DNA of 64,000 nucleotides from Kiritimatiellia bacterium (GTDB lineage Bacteria; Verrucomicrobiota; Kiritimatiellia; RFP12; JAAYLN01): NCBI GenBank assembly GCA_045627605.1, contig JAZQOA010000056.1, positions 23,685 to 87,684 of the forward strand, read 5' to 3'. Shown piece by piece: positions 57,145 to 64,000 of this stretch (position 1 is its first letter; each line of letters starts with the position of its first letter). The notes under the pieces were generated by a model. It saw only the letters and a program-made list of their open reading frames with translations, ran no database searches and was not told where the DNA came from. The position numbers and the translations under genes were made by a program.

Positions 57145-58200
57145 TTGACAAACCCGGTTGATTGTGAGATTATGAGACAATTTAAGTTTTCACGGGCCAT
57201 GCCTGCCAAACGCTTTCGCCGTTTCAAAATACCGGGATCCGCCTTGAAACTCTCAATCATCACCATCAACCTCAACAACGGCGCAGGGCTCCGCGAGACC
57301 CTGCGGAGCGTCGTCTCCCAGGGGGACTTCACCAACTGCGAGCACATCGTCGTCGACGGGGCTTCGACCGACTCGACCCCCGAAGTCATCGCGGAGTTCC
57401 GCAGTCACATCGCGAAACTTGTCGCGGAGCCGGATTCCGGCGTCTACAACGCCATGAACAAGGGCATCGCCCTGGCGGAAGGCGACTATCTCCTGTTCCT
57501 CAATTCAGGCGATGTCCTCGCGCCGGGCGTCCTGGGCAAGGTAGACTTCGGTTCGTTCCACGAGGACATCATCTACGGCGACCTCGACTTCCAGGACCCC
57601 GGGCGCACAAGGCACAAGGATTTTCCCCCGCCGCAAGACATAACGCCGGCCTTCTTCCTCTTCAACACGCTGCCCCACCCGGCGACATTCATCAGGCGGA
57701 CGCTTTTCGACCAGTACGGCCCCTACGACGAGACGATGAAAATCGCGGCCGACTCGAAGTTCTTCTTCACGGTCGTCAAATCCGGCGGGGCGACCCTGCG
57801 CAAGCTCCCGCTGACCATTTCGATTTTCAAAACCGGCGGAATCTCTTCGAATCCAAAATTCGCGGCATTGTGCCGCGAAGAATGCCGGTCCTACTTGCGG
57901 CCTGTCTTCGGCGGCGAAGTTTTCAGACGGGAGGACTTGCTCATTGAGCGCTCGCGGAAACTGAATGAATGCAGCCGCGCGCTCAACGAGCGCAACACGG
58001 CCATTGCGAAGTACAGGACGCTGGTCAGGGACGGGACATTCGCGGCGGCAATGGCGGACGGCGACCTCGCCGAAGACATCTTGCGCATGGGCGACCTCAT
58101 GCTCGCGGTTCGGAAAAACGGAATCGGGAAAAGAATCATCCGGGCGCTGTCAAAAGCACTTGCGTCCCGCGAAAAAAAGGCCCTCGAAAAGGCGCATTAG
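57145..58200 (+). CDS. Glycosyltransferase family 2
   Basis: LSIITINLNNGAGLRETL...IVVDGASTDST...NSGD. True start possibly downstream (MRQFKF or MPAKRF). Confidence 0.8.
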   Translation: MTNPVDCEIMRQFKFSRAMPAKRFRRFKIPGSALKLSIITINLNNGAGLRETLRSVVSQGDFTNCEHIVVDGASTDSTPEVIAEFRSHIAKLVAEPDSGVYNAMNKGIALAEGDYLLFLNSGDVLAPGVLGKVDFGSFHEDIIYGDLDFQDPGRTRHKDFPPPQDITPAFFLFNTLPHPATFIRRTLFDQYGPYDETMKIAADSKFFFTVVKSGGATLRKLPLTISIFKTGGISSNPKFAALCREECRSYLRPVFGGEVFRREDLLIERSRKLNECSRALNERNTAIAKYRTLVRDGTFAAAMADGDLAEDILRMGDLMLAVRKNGIGKRIIRALSKALASREKKALEKAH

Positions 58201-58231
58201 CCAGCCCCGGCGACGGCACGGGCAACGAAAC

Positions 58232-59086
58232 ATGGAACAACCGCTCTTCAGCATCATCACCATCAACCGCAACAACGCGCCGGGGCTTCGGGAAACCCTG
58301 GAGGCCACCTTTGCGCAAACCTGCCGCGACTACGAGCAAATCGTGATTGACGGCGCCTCGACCGACGCCAGCAAAGACGTCATCGGCCAGTACGCGGCGA
58401 AAATCGCCTATTCCGTCTCCGAACCGGACTCCGGCATCTACAACGCCATGAACAAGGGGATTCGCGCCGCGCGCGGAAAATACATGGTGTTCATGAACAG
58501 CGGGGACTACTTTTGGAACCCCTATGTTCTCGAAGCCTTTGCCGACGCCGCCCGGCAGGGCGAATACGACATGCTTTTCGGCGACTACATGCTGGACGAC
58601 GAACGCGGGGGCGCGAAGCGCATTCCCCAGGCGGATGAACTGGGCTTCGGCCTCTTCAACCCGCCGCTTTCGTGGGGCATCCGCCATCAAAGCGTTTTCT
58701 ACCGCGCCGACCTTGTCTCAAGGCTGGGGGAATACGACGAATCCTATTTCATCGCGGCCGACTGGAAGTTCACCTTGCGGGCCCTGGCGGAATGCAAGGC
58801 CACAAGCCTCCACCTTCCCGTCCCGGTCGCCTTCTACGACTACCGGGGGCTCAGCTCCCGGAAGGACAACTTTGAAAAGTCCCGGACCGAGGCCCTGCGC
58901 GCCTGCGAGGAGACGATTCCAGCCGGAACCTGGCGTGAAATGCAACGGGAAGCCCGCGCCTTTTCGCGGGAGCGGAAGAAGAAGACCCGTCGGGCGAAAT
59001 CTTTTTCCCAGAGGATTGGCGACGCCGCCTGGCATTTGGCCAGGCGTTGCGCCAGGGCCTATCTCAAGAGGAGGGAAAGGGCATGA
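58232..59086 (+). CDS. Glycosyltransferase family 2 (paralog of the 57145 gene)
   Basis: FSIITINRNNAPGLRETL...IVIDGASTDAS...NSGD. Confidence 0.8.
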   Translation: MEQPLFSIITINRNNAPGLRETLEATFAQTCRDYEQIVIDGASTDASKDVIGQYAAKIAYSVSEPDSGIYNAMNKGIRAARGKYMVFMNSGDYFWNPYVLEAFADAARQGEYDMLFGDYMLDDERGGAKRIPQADELGFGLFNPPLSWGIRHQSVFYRADLVSRLGEYDESYFIAADWKFTLRALAECKATSLHLPVPVAFYDYRGLSSRKDNFEKSRTEALRACEETIPAGTWREMQREARAFSRERKKKTRRAKSFSQRIGDAAWHLARRCARAYLKRRERA

Positions 59087-60132
59087 GAATCTGCGTCGAC
59101 GGAATCGTCTACGGGAACAACGGTCTCGGGGGAATCGCGCGCTACTGGACGGAAACCATTCGGGAATTCAACCGTCCGGGAAGCCGCGACTGCATGGAGC
59201 TTGTCATCCCAAAAAAGGCGAAGACCATACCAAGGCTTCCCCATTCGCGCCAATTGTCATGGCCGGCCCTGCGCACCATGCTCGCGGCCGACATCTACCA
59301 CACGTCGTACTACTCGATTTGGCCGCGCATGCGCTGCGTCCCCGTTGTCACCACGGTGTATGACTGGATCACCGCGGACTTGCCGCATTACTACTCGAAC
59401 GGCGTCGGGTTTGTCAACGCGCAAAAATCGGCGATAGCCAAGTCGGACGGCCTCGTTGTCATTTCCGAAGACGTCAGGCGCCTCACCATTGGGCATACGC
59501 GATTCCCGGAGGAAAGGATTGAGGTCGCCTATCCCGCCGTCGGAGGGGTTTTCGCCTCGCCCCTCCCCTCGGATTTCGACACGAAGTCCTTCCGGTACGC
59601 CCACACGGGGGGAGCCCCCTATTTTCTCCATGTGGGCCGCAGGAACTACTACAAAAACTTCCGGACGATTCTCGAAGGTTACTTGGCAATCGCCGGCAAA
59701 ACCGACCGGCACCTTCTGGTTGTCGGCGGGGAAAACGGATTCCCCGACGACTTGGCCCACATGGTTTTCCGCGCCGGCGCCGAGAAAAAAGTCAACATCC
59801 TCCCCTACGTTTCCGATGCTGACCTCAGAATTGCCTATGCGGCAAGCGACGGCTTCCTGAGCGCCTCGCTCGGCGAAGGTTTCGGCATCCCCTTGCTCGA
59901 AGCCCTGGCCTCCGGAGCCAAACCCGTCGTTTCCGACATCCCCGTCTACCACGAAGTCGCGGGGGACATGGCCGACTACCTCCCCCCGTCCGATCCGGAA
60001 GCCTGGGCAGACGCAATGCTGCGGGACCATCCCTGGAAATCTGAATTCCGGGATGCGGTTCTCGAGAAATACACGTGGAAGAAAACGGCCGAGGCCCATC
60101 TCCGGCTCTACCGCAAGCTTCTGGGCCGATGA
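59083..60132 (+). CDS. Glycosyltransferase family 4 (group 1)
   Basis: GT4 C-terminal motif SASLGEGFGIPLLEALASGAKPV. ATGA overlap with the upstream GT2. Confidence 0.8.
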   Translation: MRICVDGIVYGNNGLGGIARYWTETIREFNRPGSRDCMELVIPKKAKTIPRLPHSRQLSWPALRTMLAADIYHTSYYSIWPRMRCVPVVTTVYDWITADLPHYYSNGVGFVNAQKSAIAKSDGLVVISEDVRRLTIGHTRFPEERIEVAYPAVGGVFASPLPSDFDTKSFRYAHTGGAPYFLHVGRRNYYKNFRTILEGYLAIAGKTDRHLLVVGGENGFPDDLAHMVFRAGAEKKVNILPYVSDADLRIAYAASDGFLSASLGEGFGIPLLEALASGAKPVVSDIPVYHEVAGDMADYLPPSDPEAWADAMLRDHPWKSEFRDAVLEKYTWKKTAEAHLRLYRKLLGR

Positions 60133-60199
60133 GCGACCGGTCTCAAAGCCGCTCCTCCAATTGCCCTTTGTCCAGGCGATGGTTTCGCGACCTCACGGC

Positions 60200-61186
60200 C
60201 TATTTGCCGTGAATCATTCTCACAAGATTGCGGTTCACCTCGAAAAGCTGGCGGTGCTTGACGGCGACCGTGTTGAGGATCAGCCCGCACGCAAAAGACA
60301 AAAGCGACATCGTGGCGAAAACGCCGGCGGCGATAAACGTCGGGAATTTCGGGACAAGCCCCGTCCGCACGTAGTCGATGAGAACGGGCACGAGAAAGGC
60401 CATGCCCAAGGCCAGGAACAGCAAGGCCAGGATCCCGAAAAAGCCCAGCGGCCTGTATTCCGCGTAGAGCGTGGCGATTGTCTTCACGACCTTGATTCCG
60501 TCGTGAACCGTGTCGAGCTTGCTTTCGCTGCCCGAAGGCCTGTCCCTGTACTTGACCGGCAGGCTCTCAAGGTGGAGTTCCTTGTCGAGCGCGTGGATTG
60601 TCATCTCGGTCTCGATTTCAAATCCCTTGGAGAGCACGGGGAAGGTCTTCGCAAACTCAAAGCTGAAGGCGCGGTAGCCCGTCATGATGTCCGTGACCTG
60701 CCCGTGAAACGCGCGGTTGACGAGAAAGCGCACAAGGGTGTTGCCGACTCCGTGGAAGCGCCTTTTGTTTTCGGCGTAGTAGGTCGACGACAACCTGTCG
60801 CCCACCACCATGTCGGCCCCCTCCTCAAGGACGAGGCGCACCATTTCGGGAGCGGCCTCCGCCGGGTAGGTGTCGTCGCCGTCGACGAGAATGCAGCAGG
60901 CGGCCTCGACATCGCGGAACATCGCCCTGACCACCTTGCCTTTCCCGCGCTGCGATTCGTGGCGGACGATGGCGCCGGCCGCACGGGCCCGCTCCGCCGT
61001 CGCATCGGTCGAGGCGTTGTCATAGACGTAGATTTCGGCACCGGGAAGCGCCGCGCGGAAATCGGAGACAACCTTCCCGACGGTCGACTCCTCGTTGAAA
61101 CACGGGATCAGGACGGCAACCCGCCCCTTGCTCAAGTCGCTTTCGCTCACAATGCCACCACCTCGTAGAACTTGAACGGCCCGCAC
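60200..61186 (-). CDS. Polyprenyl-phosphate glycosyltransferase (GtrB/ArnC-like GT2 with C-terminal transmembrane helices)
   Basis: VAVLIPCFNEE...DGDDTY plus two C-terminal transmembrane helices. Alternative GTG start at 61150 overlaps the upstream stop (GTGA). Confidence 0.8.
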   Translation of the reverse strand: MRAVQVLRGGGIVSESDLSKGRVAVLIPCFNEESTVGKVVSDFRAALPGAEIYVYDNASTDATAERARAAGAIVRHESQRGKGKVVRAMFRDVEAACCILVDGDDTYPAEAAPEMVRLVLEEGADMVVGDRLSSTYYAENKRRFHGVGNTLVRFLVNRAFHGQVTDIMTGYRAFSFEFAKTFPVLSKGFEIETEMTIHALDKELHLESLPVKYRDRPSGSESKLDTVHDGIKVVKTIATLYAEYRPLGFFGILALLFLALGMAFLVPVLIDYVRTGLVPKFPTFIAAGVFATMSLLSFACGLILNTVAVKHRQLFEVNRNLVRMIHGK

Positions 61187-63039
61187 GTCTCGACCAGCCG
61201 GAAATCACCGCTCCCGACAAACTCGGGATGGTCGATGCCTGTTGCAACGTACTTCACGCCGATTTTCCGCAAGGCGGCGGGGGACAATTCAATGTTTAAC
61301 TGGTCCGGACTGGGCGAGACGAATTTCGCCGGTTCCGCCCGGGATAGTTTGACGTTGATGTGCGCGTAGCGGTTGTAGGCGTCTTCGCACGCGCCGCCGG
61401 GATCAAGCAGGCGCCATCTTTCAAGATCGGGATAGATGTTCGTCGAGTTGACGCAGGGCACGCCCGCGACCAGCATGATGTTGGGGAAGGGAAAACACCC
61501 CTCGAAAATCCACTTCGCCCCCTTGTCGGCCCCGGAAATTTCCCGCAGCGCCTTCACAACCGGGATGTTGCGGACGGAATCCACGCCGCGGCGGACGGGA
61601 TTGACGAGTGCGCCGGCGTAAAACAAGGCAACGATTGAAAGAACGCACCAGACTGTTTTCGCGACTTTCCCGCACCGGAGTAAACAGGCGTTGAGAACCG
61701 TGAAGAGGGATAACGTGAGGGGAAACGCCAGTTTACCGAGATATTCCGGATTGAAGAGGCGGCAGACGAAAACGGAGGTACCCGCGGAAAGCAACGCCAA
61801 GACAAGCACCGTCCGGATTCCGCAGAGCGGCTTTTCGCAAAGAGCCAGTGCGCGGACAAGGAGAATGAGGTTGCAAAATCCCAGCGGAACCACGACCCGG
61901 CCAGCCTGGCATTTGCTGAGCAAGGTGATTTTGGACAGCGCCGCCGGAAAGCCGAACACGCAGTATGCGCCAAGAAACAGCCACACGGCCAAAAGAATGC
62001 AGAGCAACGGATCCAGGCGCTTGCGCCGCGCCATCACGGCCACCGGCAAAATCAGGCAAACCGGGAAAAAATCAATGACGTAAGACGATTCGCAAGAATT
62101 TCCGAACAGGAAACCCTCCTTGTGCGCATACCAGACGTTGGCCACGGAAACAAACAGGTTTTTCAGCATGCCGCCGCCCATTTCAAACCGCACGCCGGGA
62201 TAGACGGTATTCACAATGGCCTCGATTGCCGGTCGGGACTTCAGGTAAAACCGCGCCATCGCCGCGGCAAAGACAAGAAACGCCACGGCAACGGACACCC
62301 AGTCGCGCCTTTCCATGCGGCAATCCCTGAAGTTTTCAATGAAAACCCAGATCGCGAGTCCCGCAAGTTGATAGGCCATCGGCATCATCCACGAGGGATA
62401 AAGCGTCAGCGCAAAGCCCCCGGCGCAAACGACGATGACGGCCAGGCATCCCGTGCGCCGCCAAAACGACGCATCGAGCATGTAGCGCCGAAGCGCCATG
62501 ACGGAAAGCATCGAGAAGACAAGCATCTCGACAAGTCCGTTGATGGCGAACCACCACTGCACGGCGGGGGCGAAGGCCGTCAGGGAGGCAAAGGCCAGGG
62601 AGAGGTCCTTGCGCCGCCCGGCGACTAGCATGGCGAATTCAAAGGAGACCAAAAACAACGCGATTAGCCTGCCGCACCAGAAAAACGCCATGCCGTTGGC
62701 GACCGGGAGGAAGAGATACCCCCAGAAAAACGGCCGGAAAACAACAAGCGGGTCAAGCACGGCCTGGCCATACTCCATGAAGACGTCCGTGGGGCAGCCG
62801 CGGGCAATGTCGCTGAAATAGCCGAAGCCGTTGGCATACTGGGAAAAGGCCAGAGGCGTGAAAAGCGCCCATTCGTCGCTTCGGATCGGACGCGAAACGC
62901 CAAGCAGCACATCGTTGTCGGGAACCCCGAAATACGTGCACCACATGCCAATCGACGACCCGGTGAGGCCCAGGGCCACGCAAAGGGCGAAAATCGCGAA
63001 GGCAATGAAATACCTGTATTTGTAGAGGAACGCCGCCAT
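61147..63039 (-). CDS. Polytopic membrane protein, putative GT-C-fold glycosyltransferase (YfhO/Gtr-type partner of the GtrB-like enzyme)
   Basis: 630 aa with about 12 predicted transmembrane helices in the N-terminal 450 aa and a C-terminal soluble domain. Genetic coupling with the polyprenyl-P GT. Confidence 0.5.
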   Translation of the reverse strand: MAAFLYKYRYFIAFAIFALCVALGLTGSSIGMWCTYFGVPDNDVLLGVSRPIRSDEWALFTPLAFSQYANGFGYFSDIARGCPTDVFMEYGQAVLDPLVVFRPFFWGYLFLPVANGMAFFWCGRLIALFLVSFEFAMLVAGRRKDLSLAFASLTAFAPAVQWWFAINGLVEMLVFSMLSVMALRRYMLDASFWRRTGCLAVIVVCAGGFALTLYPSWMMPMAYQLAGLAIWVFIENFRDCRMERRDWVSVAVAFLVFAAAMARFYLKSRPAIEAIVNTVYPGVRFEMGGGMLKNLFVSVANVWYAHKEGFLFGNSCESSYVIDFFPVCLILPVAVMARRKRLDPLLCILLAVWLFLGAYCVFGFPAALSKITLLSKCQAGRVVVPLGFCNLILLVRALALCEKPLCGIRTVLVLALLSAGTSVFVCRLFNPEYLGKLAFPLTLSLFTVLNACLLRCGKVAKTVWCVLSIVALFYAGALVNPVRRGVDSVRNIPVVKALREISGADKGAKWIFEGCFPFPNIMLVAGVPCVNSTNIYPDLERWRLLDPGGACEDAYNRYAHINVKLSRAEPAKFVSPSPDQLNIELSPAALRKIGVKYVATGIDHPEFVGSGDFRLVETCGPFKFYEVVAL

Positions 63040-63053
63040 ATTCCGGGAGGCTT

Positions 63054-64000
63054 TTACTTGGCGAAGACGGCTTTCAGCTCGGCGAGCGTGTAGGGCTTGG
63101 CGAGGAAACCGTCGAAGGGTTGCGTGGCGAACATTTCCGATATCTGCTCACGCGACGAACCCGAGGAGATGACGACCGGGATCTTCGGGTTCGTCGCCCG
63201 GAACGACGCCAGAAGGCGCAAGGTGTCGACTTTCTCGACGTGGGCGTCGAGAATGACGCACCGCAGGGTCGTCGCGTGGCGGCGGAACTCGGCGATGGCG
63301 TCGACGCTTGTCGAGGCGGTGATGGCCTTGTAGCCAACGGCCCCCAAAATGATGCCCGTCGTCTTGAGAATGCCGGCGTCGTCGTCGACGACGAGGACCT
63401 CCGTGTTCCCGGAGACATCGTCGTCGGCCTCGATTCCCGCGTTGCCGGCGGACGCGACCTTGCCATTGGGCGCCGCCGGCTGGCGTGATTCGGGGAGGAA
63501 GACTTTGAAAACCGTGCCATGCCCCGGGGCGGACTCAACGGAAATGCCGCCGGAGTGCGCCTCGACAATGGAGCTGACCGTGGCGAGGCCAAGGCCGCGC
63601 CCGCCTTCCTTGGTCGAGACATAGGGGTCGAAAATGCGCGAAATGAGTTCGGGCGGGATGCCCGGGCCCGTATCGCCGACGGTGAAGAGAACGCCCCGGC
63701 CGGGCTTGACCGGCGAAACGGAATGGAAGCACTTCGCGGCATCGGCGGTCATCTCGAAGGCGCGTGTCGTAACGCGAAGTTCGCCGGTGCGGTCCCTCAT
63801 CGACTCGGCGGCGTTCTTGATGAGGTTGAGGAAGACCTTCCAGAACTGGTTCGGGTCGGCATCCACGGCGGGGAGGCCCTGCGGGAAGTCGCAGGAAACC
63901 GAGACCTTCGGGCCGACAAGGCTCCGCGCGATGCGTTCCGCCTCGGCCATCAGCGCCGCGGGGTCGCTCCGCGTCAGCACGATCCGGGCCTCGCCGGCAT
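63054..64000 (-). CDS. Hybrid sensor histidine kinase (C-terminal part: HATPase_c plus receiver domain); continues beyond the window end
   Basis: DTGPGIPPE...GGRGLGLA (G-boxes), then a receiver domain (VLVVDDDAGIL...D...K). The 5' end of the gene lies outside the window. Confidence 0.8.
   Translation of the reverse strand, partial: AGEARIVLTRSDPAALMAEAERIARSLVGPKVSVSCDFPQGLPAVDADPNQFWKVFLNLIKNAAESMRDRTGELRVTTRAFEMTADAAKCFHSVSPVKPGRGVLFTVGDTGPGIPPELISRIFDPYVSTKEGGRGLGLATVSSIVEAHSGGISVESAPGHGTVFKVFLPESRQPAAPNGKVASAGNAGIEADDDVSGNTEVLVVDDDAGILKTTGIILGAVGYKAITASTSVDAIAEFRRHATTLRCVILDAHVEKVDTLRLLASFRATNPKIPVVISSGSSREQISEMFATQPFDGFLAKPYTLAELKAVFAK

Overview
High-GC (about 63-66%) bacterial chromosomal segment. 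From the BspA-type LRR adhesin and the chaperone and sugar genes it may come from a PVC-superphylum-like organism, but that is a guess. Ordinary content: a co-oriented chaperone supercluster (htpG, groEL, groES, dnaK, all on the minus strand); a core-metabolism block (arylamine N-acetyltransferase, CYTH protein plus dGTPase, glucuronokinase-like GHMP kinase, Gfo/Idh/MocA oxidoreductase, 6-phosphofructokinase, BamA, TRAP transporter DctPQM, Usp); rhaB, lpxB, lpxI and tRNA-Gly(TCC); GH36 alpha-galactosidase; and a large rhamnose-type cell-surface glycan locus running from 39.7 kb to 63 kb. Unusual content: (1) A low-GC accessory island of about 9.8 kb (6.1-16.0 kb) sits between dnaK and nat. It holds two dinJ-yafQ toxin-antitoxin loci (one degenerate), arrays of a ~123-bp hairpin-containing repeat, a second repeated ~110-bp palindrome-rich element, a COG1373/DUF4143 AAA ATPase preceded by 23-bp iteron-like tandem repeats, a 1381-aa BspA-LRR/MBG adhesin with near-identical internal DNA repeats, a DUF2971 gene, and a duplicated adhesin 3' end with its terminator that looks like an insertion footprint. 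(2) A three-gene module (16.97-20.39 kb): two paralogous calpain-like (peptidase C2 fold) cysteine-protease-domain proteins flank a small acidic gene that resembles a type III secretion class I chaperone. This is a candidate effector/chaperone or toxin/immunity system. (3) A second low-GC COG1373 ATPase gene with a canonical sigma70 promoter is inserted in the middle of the high-GC glycan locus. No CRISPR array, integrase or rRNA was found.
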